In this document: positions 1-12,552 of the stretch, one piece after another
Position numbering within the stretch: position 1 is the stretch's first letter
Layout of the letters: every line of letters starts with the position of its first letter
NCBI RefSeq assembly: GCF_963921235.1
Contig: NC_086097.1
Span: forward strand, 97,156,001 to 97,220,000
Origin: Mobula hypostoma
Taxonomy: Eukaryota
Direction of reading: 5' to 3'
Length of the DNA: 64,000 bases
Made by a program: the position numbers and the translations under genes
The notes under the pieces: generated by a model
Seen by the model: the letters and a program-made list of their open reading frames with translations, nothing else
Told to the model about the DNA's origin: nothing
The model's database searches: none

Positions 1-3000
1 TGTATCTTGGTCCGAGCCTCGAATAGTCCAGCATTTGGGTCCAAACCATTGTCGTGAAGAACTTTCATCCCATTACGATTGAGCCAGCATAAACTCATTG
101 ATCTTTTAGTGTCTCTCGTCCGCTGTGACCAGTCCCAGCGAGAAGATTTCCAGACAGAGCCGGGAGATACACGACCTCCGGGTAGCCGTTTGTCAAATTT
201 CGCAAGGGGGAAATCAGAGTCGCCTGGGAGAGCCAGTCGTTCGCTCTGCGGAACCAGTACATCTTCCAAGCCGGAGAGACCCGGGCTCTTGCCACGGCTT
301 CCTCATGCAGCGCTCATTACTGTTGGAAATCCAGCCGTCCTAGTTCCCTTCAGAACACGGAAAGCTGTCTTCATTATCTCTATTCCGACCGGAAAAACCT
401 TGGTCTGGGCTTCCTTCCGCGCATTGGGAATTCATTGATGCCATGAGGAAGGTGTTTCAATCGTCTGGTGAAGATTCGAAAGGGTGGTCGGTCCGCGGCC
501 GATTACGGCATCGAGTTTTGGATCTTAGCCCGAGAGAATGTCTGGAACGCGGAGGCCTTGGCTACTCTACACCGCCACGGACTCCGAGACGAACTGAAGG
601 AATCCCTCGCAATGGGAGAGCCAGCAGGTGACTACGAAGTTCTAATCGACCTCGTCTCGATGATCGTGTGGGACTAATTCGAGGTCGAAGGCGGCTAACC
701 GAGGCCAGCTTCAACTCCCCCCACAATCCGATCTCGGACCATGACCTGCCCGTCCGCCGTTCGGGACTTAGTCGAACCCAGACAGATTGGCTGCACTGGA
801 CTCTCCGCCATTGAAATCCCGGCGCCAGAACTCCTATTGATGTGGGGAGATGGGTCTCCTGCGGGCCGAAGACCCGAGGGTGCAGCCGTTGGGATAACAG
901 CAAAGACAGTCCAGTGTCGGGAGAATTGACCCCATAGCAGCCACTACTCCCGATTCCAGGGATTCTGGTTTCGTGCTGAAAGCGGAGATGACCTGGGGTA
1001 AGAAACGGCGGCAGTTGAAGGCTTTTGTGGGCTCTGGGGCTGCGGGGTAACGTTTTGGATTCGGGACCGCCTGTCGGCTCGAGAGGCAGCTGCGAGAGTT
1101 TAGCCAGTCCCTGCCGGCAACTGTCTTGGACCGCGGCCTGCTAGGTTCCGGCCAGGTGCAGCAATAGACTGCGCTATTGGATAGGGCATCATGTGGAGGA
1201 CATTATTTTCTACATCATTGACTCACCAGTCATATCCTGATCCTCGCGAACCCCTGCTGTCCCAACATAAACCATTCGTGATTGGAAGGAGAGGAGAATC
1301 ATAGCTTGGTCCAGTCATTGAAAGAGGGCATGTTTGCGGCATGGTGTTGCTACCCCACGACTCCCCGTAGATCAGCGATCAACAAGGGGCAGACTTCGGT
1401 GCAAGGCAACCTGAGGCCTTCTGGAGACCTAGTCCTGCCTTGAAGGACAGACAATCCGGTCCCGGCCAACAGGACCGTGCGTGTCAACCCCGTCTGGTCG
1501 GGACCGCACAGCAACTAGAGATGGGAATCTCTTGTTCAGGAGATGCCCGAGCAGTCTGGAACACTTGTAGCTAAGCCTAAGGAATCCAGCGGCCAGGTAT
1601 ACGCAGATCCTTAAAGCACATACGGGGCGGCGCGGGGGTGGCGTGGATTTGTAACGCCTTGCTTCCGTCGCCTGAGATTACAGACAAGGATACTGACTGA
1701 TTTGGCCAGTTTCTACAAATGAGTTGTGAACCTAGGAAGGGGAGTCTCTCACTTGAGAAGCCTTAAGGGTCGTCCTCTAAAGGAAGGTCCGGAAGAGACT
1801 GCACCACCAAGGGCTCGCGTCTCCATGGAGTTTGTCACGGGTCTTCCACCATCCAAGAGAAAGACTGTCATGTCGCTCGATTTTCGAAAGTTTGCAAATC
1901 CTTTGCCTTGGATGAGCTACCATCTGCAGCGAGGACGGCCGAAGTTGTCCAACACCAGGTCTTCAATATCCACGAATTCCAAGTAGACATGGTCTCGGAT
2001 CGTGGTCCACAATTCGCAGCACATTTCTGGAGGGCGCTCTGTAAGCTGATTGGGACAACAGCAGGTCTTTCTTCTGGATTTCACCCGGAGTTTAACGGCC
2101 AGAAGGAGTGGACCAACCATGATCTGGAACGAACTCTAACATGCCTGGCCTCAAAGACCTGAGGATTGGTGAGAGCATTTGATGTAGGAAGAGGTCGCCT
2201 ACAACACCTCGCAGTATTTGGCGGAGGGGATGTCACCGTTCGAGTGCCAGTTTGTTTATCTTGTACCACTCTTTCCGGAACAGGAGGTCGAGGTTGGGGT
2301 TCCTGCGTCTGAAGACCTGAAGCAGAAATGGACTGGGTTGAGAGATCTGGCTGGCCTCTCTCCGGTAGGCGGATACGAAGGCGAACCGAAGGAGAAGGCG
2401 GGGGACTCGCTTTGCTGCCTGGGCAACAGCTCTAGCTGTCCACTCATAATATGCCTTTCCGGGTGTAGTCTGGAAAGTTGGTACCCAAGTTCATTTAACC
2501 CTTCAAAGTCCTAAGAGACGTAGACACGGTGGCTGCACCTTCCAGTTCCCCAAGACCCTAAAGATTCATTCCACACCTCTAAATTAAAACCTGTCAGCAC
2601 CAGCTCTTTCTCCCCACTACCATCAGCCCCGCCACCACCCAGGTTGAGGGAAAGGTCTTCACGGTGAGAAGACTTTTGGACTCGTGAACTGCTCGAGGTG
2701 TTCGGTGATATCTCGCGGTCTGGGAAGGATTCGGACCCGAGCAAAGGTGCTGGGTGCCTGAAAGAGGCTCTCGGAACTGGTTCTCATTCACGATCACCAT
2801 CGCCGTCTCTCTGAGCATCCAGGCCGTCAGGAATCGGCGCGGGGCGGAAATTCTGTTACAAGAAGCCCTCAACCGCACCAGCTGCCGGCGATAAACGCTC
2901 TAACTCTGCAGAATACAGATAACTCGCGTGGCCCCTTTAAGAGTTCGGACCGGTCCAGCTAGTTGGCAATCATGTTCTGGTTGCCAAAAAGTGAGTATTT

Positions 3001-3160
3001 AAAGAGCACCGAAACAGAGTCTCCGTGTTCAATCCCAAATGTCGTCTAGCATTTTGTTTTGTGCTCAGTTGTCGATCTAGTTTTATTCCGTGTCCAGATT
3101 CTAGCCTTGGATATTTCAGCATTTGGGTCCAAACCAACCTCGTCAAGGACGCTCGTCACA
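1..3160 (+). mobile_element. Degenerate, internally deleted Ty3/Gypsy chromovirus (Sushi-like) LTR retrotransposon; 5' LTR cut by window edge
   Basis: Gag-like AADYGIEFWILARENVWNAEALATLHRHGLRDELKESLA (ORF 468-677); protease-like AFVGSGAAG near 1020-1047; integrase MVSDRGPQFAAHFWRALCKLIG...SSGFHPEFNGQ (1908-2162); chromodomain-like YLAVWEGFGPEQRCWVP near 2709-2760; purine tract, then 3' LTR TG(2854)..CA(3160); CAGCATTTGGGTCCAAACCA shared at 29-48 and 3117-3136. Confidence 0.85.
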
Positions 3161-5329
3161 GTACAGACCCAGAGCAACCAAACGCACCTCATTGTAAGCC
3201 TTTCAATCCCGGAATCATTTTCCTGAACCCTCTCCAATGTCAGCCCATCCTTTCTTAGATAAGGGGCCTAAAACTGCGCTCATGACTCCAAGTGAGTCGT
3301 TACAGTTCTTTATAAAGCCTCAGCATTACAACCTTGCTGTCATATTCTAGGTCCTCCTGTAGTTTTGTGGTTTTGTTGCTCCAGATTCCAGTACAGTAAT
3401 TTATATTGCATCAGTCAATGTAAGTTCCAGGTTGTACCTAATTGTCAGAGAGAAGGAGACGTGCGAATTGCTATTTATGCACTACCTCCTATTGACATAG
3501 GGAAGGATAATCAGGTAATTAGGAAAGGCACGTCTGATTTTGTAATCTGAATTGGATATTGCCTACTTCCAAGTTCTTCGTGAGCGATGCGCCCATTTTC
3601 CAGTTACAAGACTATTGCGGTCGGGCTACATTTTAATTGGCCACTATAATTTGCACCTAGTGTAAGTGAGTGGTACACTAATAGAGTACAGGGAAATTAA
3701 TTGTGGGATTGGTGGGATTTCTCAGTGAGATAGCAGAAACTCGCTGGACCGAATTATCCTCCACATGTAAGAATTTTTCAATCTAATGCTGGGAAAATCG
3801 GTTTTCCAGAAGAATAACATTTAGCTCTATTAATTATCGGCATAATTTCCCGAATCTTCTTTAAACTCGTGCATTTTATTGAGTAGACAAAAGACGCGGA
3901 CCTCGGGATTGGTACTAGAATGCTGAAATATTATCGTTGGAGGTATCAACCCTACATTCATTCAGGACCGAACACCAACTACCAGGAGTAAGCAGCCACG
4001 GTGCGCAATGGTTAGCCCTTAAGCCTTCAATGGAGTGGTGACATTGGGAGCAGTTCGAACAGTTCACTGTCGAATGGCCCGGCGAAACAATGTGTACAAA
4101 TGTTATTCTTTGACTAGGAGCACCGAGTTCTGTACTTCGTCGATCTAAATGCACACAGTGCTTATTAATTCGCTACAATTCGCGTTATCAATTTGTTTCT
4201 CTGTGACTTCCTCATCCAAAATACTCAAGGCAAGATGCCTTTTACCTCCGTGGCACATCCGACTAACTGACTAACTCCGCAGCCCGGCTATCTTATATGT
4301 GTCTTAACATCGTACAGCTTGCAGAGAAGGACATGACCATCTTGGAGTAACAGTCTATCGCGCTATAATTTGAAATCAGTGCAATAACAACGCAAGACCT
4401 CAGGTCAGGTCAATTCCCATTATTGTCAATTTGTCACTAAATCATAATAATTAACATACGATTTTGGGACGAGTCATCTTAGATGAGCCGCGGAAAAGCT
4501 GCAAGAGAGCGCACTACAAAAACACTCAAGACAAAGGCGGCCGCTGAGAGTGTGGTTTAGAAGCTGGAGTAAGGTTGGGCGGGATAGCGATGTTCGGGGC
4601 TTGTTTCATTATTGGAGTATTCCACATTCATGAACGTAAACACTGGATCTATATTCGAGATCTTATAGATTCTATAAGAACAGGTAGAGAACATCTGAAA
4701 AGGATACTAATATCAGCACATCAAATAAGAATAATTGCATTCTGTGGTTTCGAAGGAGTGGTAGAATATAACCAAATCAATGTGGTTATAAGATCAACCT
4801 AACCCTAACCTCCATTTTTCTGTCCTCCATTGCCTATCTAAGAATTCCTTAATGTATCTGCGTCTACCAACTAAGGTAGGCGGCAATGTTCCCATCCATA
4901 TTTTTAATTTTTCTGCGTGCACACAAACTGTCACCATTTGGCAGTCGATGAAGTCTGGAACCTACACTCCAATCCTCTCCACCCAGCTCCTCCTCCCCCC
5001 TCTCCGACCTCCGCCTCAGTTAATGCAAATTAAAAGCTGGCCGTGGGGACTTTTACCAATCTGGTACATAATAACGTATGATGCAGACTCAGGAGTAGAC
5101 CAGTCGGCCAGTCGCCTTTGTCATTCAACAAATCATTGCTTGATAGTTTCAGTTTCATACCCAACTCTGCCCACTCTGCTTGGTATTTTATATTTTAAAT
5201 GTCCACCCCGAGCTCGGACAATGACATAGTCAGCTCCCACCCATTACTCCCCATTAGATCCTGGATATTTAGATGGGATTGGAGGTTCTTCTCACTTCAA
5301 ATGGGCCTTGTTCAACTCCCTTCAATACT

Positions 5330-5720
5330 GGAATCAGCCCAGTGCACCTCAGTTATACCACCTCTCAGAAAATAAATAATTCTTTTGTGTGGAGATCTAA
5401 ACCGTGAGCAGCACTGCAGGTGGCTTTTTGCGTTCCCTATTAAATGTCATCAAATTACGCCTACTTTTCGGATCATTCGCCCTTGAAGTAAAGCTAAATG
5501 TTGCATAAGCCGTCATAATTATTGTCATGCCTATATGTTCTGCCGAATGTACTGGTACCCCAGATCCCTTTGCAGCAGAATATTTGGTAGCCTCGTTCCA
5601 TATAAACGATTTACTGCCTTCCTTAAAAATGATGATTTCACATTGTCCCTTCTGACAAATTCTCGCCCAGTCGCTTAAATTGAACATATCATCTTTTATG
5701 GAACTCGAAAGCACCATTTT
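5330..5720 (-). mobile_element. Old CR1 LINE 3' ORF2 fragment
   Basis: Degenerate CR1 C-terminal pattern (LSDWARI..KGQCEII; RDLGVPVH-like). Confidence 0.55.
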
Positions 5721-5899
5721 GAGATGCTTTCATGCTAGAACGACAGAAGTTATACAGCCTGTTGTTGTGAATCGTTATAAATGTGTATTAGTTAAAGTAA
5801 TAGCTAGCTCACGGTGGGGGTGTCGACCTGGACTCAGGAGAGGGTAGATCTGAGCTCCGCCACCAGATCAGAACAAATAAAGATAGGGTCACACAGTCA

Positions 5900-7630
5900 A
5901 AGAGTCAATGAACACTACAGCACAGAAACAGGCCCTTTGGCCCATCTAGTATGTGCCGAACTATTAATCTGCCTAGTCCCATCGACCTGTAGCCAGACTA
6001 TATTCCTCTATACGTCTCCCATCCATGTACCAACCAATTTTGCACTTAAATGTTGATATTAAACACGGATCCTCCACTTCCACTGACAACTTGTTCCACT
6101 CTCTGAAGTCCACTTCCCCCTTGTGTTCCCCTTAAACATTTCAACTTTCATCCTTAACCCATGGCCTCTAGTTGCATTCTTACCCCACTCAGTGTAAAAA
6201 AGCCTGCCTGCATTTACCCTATCTATACACCTCATAATTTTGTATACCTCTATCAAATCGCCCTTCACTCTCCTACCCCCTAAGGAATACAGTCTGAACC
6301 TGTTTATTTTCCCCTATAACTCAGGTCCTCAAGTTCCGGTAACAACTATGTAAATTTTCTCTTCACTCTTTCAAACCCATTGCTGTCTTTCCTTTTGGTA
6401 CTGTATGTGACCAGAACTGCACCCAACACTTCAGATTAGGCCTCAGCAACATCTTTCAGAACTGCAAAATAACATCCCAACTCCTGTACTCAATGTCTTA
6501 ATTTATGAAGCCCTGTGTGTCAAATGCTCGCTTTAAGATCCTATCTACGGGTGTCGCCACTATTAAGGAATTATGGATATGCATTTCCGGATCCCTCTGT
6601 TCTACCACCCTCCTCGCCGCCCTGTGGCTCACTATGTAAGTCCTACCCCGGTGCAACTCCCAAAGTGCGACATCTCACAATTGTCTGTTTTAAATTCTAT
6701 CTGCCATTTTTCAGACCTTTTTTCCATCTTGTCTAGATCTCGCTGCAAGCCATGACAGCCTTCCTCGCTGTCCACTGCACCCCCAGTCTTGCTGTCATCT
6801 GCAAATCTGCTGAGCCAGTTTAGCTCATTATCATCCAGAACGTTGTTGTAGTTGTAAAACAACAACGGACCCAGCACCCACCCGTCTGACACGCCACTAC
6901 TCACAGGCCGCCAGTCAGAGAGGCAACCACTTAGAACCACATCTCCCATGAAGCTAACATCTAATCCATTTTACTTCCTCATCCTGTGTGCCGACCGACT
7001 GAACCTACTTGACCAACCTCCCATACGGGACATTGCTAAGGCCCATGTAAGGCCCACTGCTTTTCATTGATCAACCTCCCTGGTAGCTTCTTTGAAAAAC
7101 TCTATAAGTTTGATTATGGAGGACCTACCACTCACAAAGCAGGTTGACTATCCCTAATCAATCCCTTTCTATCCAAACACTCATATATCCGGTCCCTTAG
7201 AATACTTCACAATAACTTTTCCACTACTTTTGTCAGGCTCACCGGCTTATAATTTCCTGAAAACATAAACAAAATGCTGGAGGAACTCAGCAGGCTAGGC
7301 AGCATCTAGGAAGGGCTCCGGCCCTAAAGGTCGACTGTACTCTTTTCCTAGATGCTGCCTGGCCTGCTGAGTTCCTTCAGCATTTCGTGTGTGTTTCTCA
7401 GATTTCCAGCTTCTGCAGATTTTCTCATCTATAATTACCTGGTTTATTTTTAAAGCCTTTCTTAAACAGGAGAAAAACATCAGCTATCTTCCAGTCATCT
7501 AGGACCTCACCGGTGGCTAAGGACGTTTTAAATATCTCTGCCAGGGTCCTGGAAACCTCTCCGCCAGCCTCTGACAAAGACTGAGAGAATGTCTTGTCAG
7601 GCCGTGGGGATTTATCCACCTTTATTTACC
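5900..7630 (-). mobile_element. CR1 LINE 3' part (RT and C-terminus), interrupted by a palindromic PLE-derived insert at 7260-7429
   Basis: SDWRPVSSGV...VLGPLLF...SRFADDSK...GLQRDLD (6632-6949); KGDLIEVYKIMR (6059-6268); KSPRPD..DDWKIADV..KNKPGNYR (7425-7619). Confidence 0.9.
7260..7429. mobile_element. Miniature palindromic Penelope-like (PLE) end derivative
   Basis: Inverted arms (AAATGCTG..GGAACTCAGCAGGC..GGCAGCATCTAGGAA / TTCCTAGATGCTGCC..GCCTGCTGAGTTCC..CAGCATTT); flanking 12-bp direct repeats TATAATTTCCTG (7248-7259) / TATAATTACCTG (7430-7441). Confidence 0.8.
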
Positions 7631-8017
7631 TTAAATTATGACATTGCAGTTTGTAATATTTTAACATGCTTAAAATATGACCACGATTCACTTGGATGTA
7701 AGACTAGAGCTACTTTTTGCAAAAACAAAATATTCTCAAACATAATATAACTTTCTTCCCTGGCCCCACGCCACTAAAGCATGATAACCTTGCAATATCT
7801 GTATTCCGCAAAGCTGTCAGCCCAATGTGCCTAAATTACTAGGTCGACTATGTATCATTGGCCGTGAAAAAACTTTCCGTTTGAGGCCGACTAGAAGGGC
7901 GCTATATAAACGTTAGTTCACCATTTTCAGCAAATCGCTTGTGTTAATTCCCTGTCGGGAGCGAATCCCACCGCGTCTCCTTGAAGACCATCGACTGAAA
8001 TTTGGGGGAGTGTAAAG

Positions 8018-8185
8018 ATGGCAGCAATCCGACGGTTGGAGGCCTCCAACGATGGCGCCTCGAAGGAGGGGGATAGAGATTCCACAATCATTTTTGAGAA
8101 CAAATACGAGTTCTGCAGATACAATTTAAAGATCTCTCGTTTCATCAATGCTATCCTGGGCTTTTCAGCCTATGTTTGGGAAGCT
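8018..8185 (+). CDS. EEF1AKMT3: EEF1AKMT3/METTL21B-like paralog A, first coding exon only (exons 2-3 not found; possibly a pseudogene or alternative first exon)
   Basis: MAAIRR...KYEFCRYNLKISRFINAILGFSAYVWEA followed by GTAAGT donor at 8186 (phase 0), the same position as in copies B, C and D; resembles METTL21B [25 protein letters not shown]. Confidence 0.75.
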
Positions 8186-8472
8186 GTAAGTCAACTGATG
8201 AACTACAGCAGGGAAAAGACCGTGTTACGCATGCGCAGCGTTGTATTTACTACCGGGAAAGTGGGGAGGGGCGGTGGTGGTGGTCAAAAAGAAAAAAAAA
8301 AGCAGATACTGTATCCGTCTTTTTAAAGTACTTATCACATCGTGATTTGTCAGTGCTCTAATATAATATCTTTCCTAAAAACTGTATGCAGTAATATCCC
8401 TGTTACCTCTTCCTTAGTCATTTTCATGCGTGTGGATACAATTAATCTAAAGCAGGCATGTTGTCCTTTAAG

Positions 8473-8583
8473 CAACACACATCAAAGTTGCTGGTGAACA
8501 CAGCAGGCCAGGCAGCATCTATAGGAAGAGGCGCAGTCGACGTTTCAGGCCGAGACCCTTCGTCAGGACTAACTGAAGGAAAA
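8473..8583 (-). mobile_element. 111-bp PLE terminal fragment containing a hammerhead motif
   Basis: Flanked by GTTGTCCTTTAAG at 8460-8472 and 8584-8596; minus strand reads AGTC-CTGACGA-AGGGTCTCGGCCT-GAAAC-GTC-GACT. Confidence 0.85.
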
Positions 8584-8869
8584 GTTGTCCTTTAAGTCTA
8601 ATTTCCTTATTTAATGCAAATCCATTTTGAATTTTTAATCTCCTCACTCAGTCCGCTATTGTATCCATCTATGTCCCTGGATAATACTTAAGAAAACAAG
8701 GGTTTATAATTCTGCCATCTTCTAATTGTTACCTCTGTCTTGTACTGTCTGTCCACGATGGGCCTCACAATGTTTTGGATTTTATTTCAAATAACATAGT
8801 GATGAAATGGTTCCCTCTTCTTTCCCAAGCACTATTCCCATACCTTTAGTTTAGTCTCAATAATATTAT

Positions 8870-9850
8870 ATTGTTAATATTTCCAGTTGTAGTACTTCCA
8901 TTCGGCTTTCAGTTCCAGAACATCTGGGGTGTCTTCTTTCTTCAAAGAACTGGGGTTCCGATCTTCAATTATCAATGCTGCTCTCAACCGCATCTTTTCC
9001 ATATCCCACATATCTGCCTTCACACATCTTCCCACCTCCATAACAGCAATAGGCTTACCCTTGTGTTCACCTACCATCTCACAGGCCTCCCTATCCAGTA
9101 CATCATTCTCCATAACTTCCACCATTTACAACAAGACCCACTTGTGCCTCCCTACTGACCTTCCTCCTGGCACTTATCCCAGCAAGCGGAACAGGTGCTA
9201 CACCTTCTCCTAGACCTACTCCCTCACCATCACTCAAGCCCCAAATTGTCCTTCTACGTGAGCCAACACTTCACCTGCGAGTCTGTCAGGATCATCCGGT
9301 GCTCCAGGTGCGAACTCCTCTGCATCCATGAGACCCCACATAGATTGTGGTCAATTTCCTCAACCACTTTCGCTTCCGCAACAAAAGGTGGAGGGGGGGG
9401 TGGGGGTTCCGGTGGCCACCGTCTTTCAATAGGACTTTCTATTCCCATTCGGACATGTCGATCCATTTTTATCCCTTCTGCCATGACCAGGCCCCACTCA
9501 AATTAGAAGAGCAACACCTGATATTCCGTTTGGGTAGTCTCCAACCTGATGGCATGAACATTGATTTCTCTAGCTTCCGGTAATTTCTACCCCTTCCTTT
9601 TCTCTCTTTTTTCATTCTCCTTTCTGGCTCCCCTTTTTCCCTCTCTTCTTCGTGCATGTTTATTACCACCCTCTGGTTCCTCTCCTCCTTCCCTTTCTCC
9701 CTGTACTCCCCTATCACCTTGCTCCTTCTTCAGCCCTTTGCCTCCTCCATCTATCGCCTCCTAACTTATTACTTCAAACCCCTCCTCACCCACGCTCCTT
9801 ACCCCTCACCTGGTTTGCTCTGGACTTACAGCATCTGCAGAATCTCTTGT
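8870..9850 (+). mobile_element. Degenerate Penelope-like element 3' part (GIY-YIG endonuclease)
   Basis: SSFFKELGFRSSIINAALNRI; QHFTCES..RCSRCELLCIHET; LEEQHLIFRLGSLQPDGMNIDFS; pyrimidine-rich tail ending CAGCATCTGCAG. Confidence 0.85.
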
Positions 9851-10649
9851 GTTATGATTCTGGTAGTTATGATGTTTTATCAGAGGCGGGGTTGAAGGAG
9901 AATTTGATTTTGAGTCCGAGACACGGAAAGGGTTGGACGGTGAACTCCGGAACCAATGAAGTGGATTCCTGAACTTTGAAGCATATGTTTGGAAGCCAGA
10001 GCATCATTGTATCTCCAGTTCTGCCAATCAAAGAGTTAATTTCAGAAATTGTGCAGAACACAACCTGCAACACCTTGTATGTGCATATTGAGACAAAACA
10101 AATTTTTAAAAAAACGGAAGTAATTCAAGCTTGCCCAGTAGCAACTTCTACAGAGCATTTTGGACGAGGAGAGGTGATAGCAGGGTATCGAATTGTTAGG
10201 ATCAGGGCTGCAATTCTATTGTTGTGCGGCGTATTCTCTGCACAGCTGGTTAGTGTCTGGGTTGAAGTTCCTCTCATGGTTGCCTGGTTGGGAAAAACTA
10301 TAAGTTCAGAGTGGATCGGGGCCATTAAGAAATTGGAGCTTGAGAAGGGATTTTGTAAAATAAATAGCCATAAAATGGATTAGCTGTCTCAAATGGTATA
10401 AATACAAGAAAATCTCCATGGGGCACTGTTGAAGAAGACAGGTCTACGTAATACTAGTTTTTTGTGCCTCTTATCTCCATTGCAGGAGCAACAACGCGTG
10501 GCACAAGATGCTTAATGATGCCATCCTGTGGCTTGAGATGTTCACATTTATTTAACATATGCAGACGTGGACATCAGTAAGATAAAAAAAACATAGTGTT
10601 GTCTGCAAGAGCTTGATATAGTGCAGTTTTTCGCAGGTGATTATTCCTA

Positions 10650-12552
10650 TGTAATGCCCTGGGAAAAGTTTCACTGCCAATGTAATGGTTGTTCTGTAGC
10701 AGCAGTGTTTGGGTCATGACTAGAGATAACAGGGGCTTTGGAATGTGCGCTGTCCAATGAAGGGAGTGTTTTTTTTCTTGTTGTGGGCCTGAGAGCAAGT
10801 TGTCGAGTTGTTCTAGGTCTTTTGTTCGGCAGAAGATGAAGAGAGGATGCCAGAATGGAGAGGTCATAGACTGCAGGACGGAGTGGACCTGGAATGTCGC
10901 CGGCAGTCATCGACGCCCGGGGGAAATCGAAGGAGGACTAATGGACGGGAAACCGTGATCTCCAACGTGTACATTAGACTGTTTCATTAAAATGGGCCTT
11001 TTTTCTGTTTTTCTTTACTAACCCTCTAGTTAAATTAAGAATTATAAAGCTAAATCATTTAATTGCATATTGTATACCGTCTGTTATTTCGTGGTACAGT
11101 ACTGACTTGTAACAGGGGAACTCATCACGCAGCATCCACACAAACAAGAGGTTTTGCACCTCAGATTTCACAGGTTTGGCGGCGCCAGAGACTGTCTTCC
11201 CTAGACTAACACCACCGGCCGAACCTGAAGGTTAAAATTGTGGGGGCTCGTCTGGGATTTATTCTGTTGGATGCTGTGTGATTGTCCTGAGGATTGAACC
11301 AGTGGGTTGTGGCTTAAGTCTGTGCTAGTATGGATACTGCCGGGGTGGAGCGGTGGTGTTCATCCACGGGGTTGCCAGTAACTAATGCGTGCGTGTTGAG
11401 TGGGGTAGATATTCGTAATCCTGATGATTTGTTAATTCGACTTTGAAGTATTGTTAAAGCTGTAGGCAAAGCTACGACTGTGGAGTGAAGATCTGATAAA
11501 ATGACGGGCACAGACATTGTTTTAGTTCGGACTAGCGCTGACGTAACGGCAGTAGGACTGCCTGATACTATTGGGACTGCAGGAGACGAGGGATGGGGGG
11601 CGTTATCTGTGTACCGCCGGGGGTTCAGCGGGACTGCGCAAGGGATGAAGCGGGGCTCGGCCAAGGGACAGGCGGGTCCGAGTTGCAGGAGGACAGGAGT
11701 GATAGACCGGGGGAGGCCTCACCAGGCGGACCAAAAGTATCCCCAGTAGTGTTGGAATATGAAGAGGTAGATGAGGTGGTATGGAGATCTCAGGGAATCA
11801 GGAGACCACCTGATAGGCTGGCCTATGCAGCACCGGGGGAACAGTGTGTGGCCCTTACCGCTTTGGGGGAGCTATGTCACTGCCTTTTACACCTGGGTTG
11901 GACTTTGTGCTTTGCGGGAAGGGTTGGCAAATTATCTCAATGTCATGAGCGCATGACTAAATTCTGGTGGGGTTGGGGGGGGAGGGTGTAACGCCCTGGG
12001 AAAAGTTTCACTGCCAATGTAATGGTTGTTCTGTAGCAGCAGTGTTTGGGTCATGACTAGAGATAACAGGGGCTTTGGAATGTGCGCTGTTCAATGAAGG
12101 GAGTGTTTTTTTTCTTGTTGTGGGCCTGAGAGCAAGTTGTCGAGTTGTTCTAGGTCTTTTCTTTGGCGGAAGATGGAGAGAGAAGATCTCAGAACGGAGA
12201 GGTCGTAGACTGCAGGACAGAGTGGACTTGGAATGTGGCCGGCAGTCGATGACGCCCGGGGGAAATCGAAGGAGGGCTAAAGGACGGGAAACCGACGTGC
12301 ACATTAGACCGTTTCATTAAAATGGGCCTTTTTTCTGCTTTTTTTTACTAACCCTCTAGTCAAATGAAGAATTATAAAGCTAAATCGTTTAATTGCATAT
12401 TGTATACCGTCTGTTATTTCGTGGTACAGTACTGACTTGTAACAGGGGAACTCATCACGCAGCATCCACACAAACAAGAGGTTTTGCACCTCAGACTTCA
12501 CAGGTTTGGCGGGGCCGGAGACTGTCTTCCCTAGACTAACCTGAGGGTTACA
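10650..12552 (+). mobile_element. Internally deleted Ty3/Gypsy LTR element with PNMA-like gag stub
   Basis: LTRs 10650-11236 and 11987-12552 (TGTAA..GTTAMA); PBS TGGGGGCTCGTCTGGGAT at 11241-11258; G-rich PPT before 11987; flanks CCTA/CTTA; internal MDTAGVERWC..LSGV..GDEGWG and RSQGIRRPPDRLAY. Confidence 0.9.

Noticed and set aside
7903..7910. TATA box for paralog A
   Set aside because: TATATAAA is present, but an acceptor-like TTTTCAG follows at 7930 and there is no TSS evidence
10150..10260. Possible exon 2 of paralog A (IELLGSG-like string)
   Set aside because: No GTG completion of motif I, no LCxYF, and no 112-nt exon with matching splice sites; likely chance
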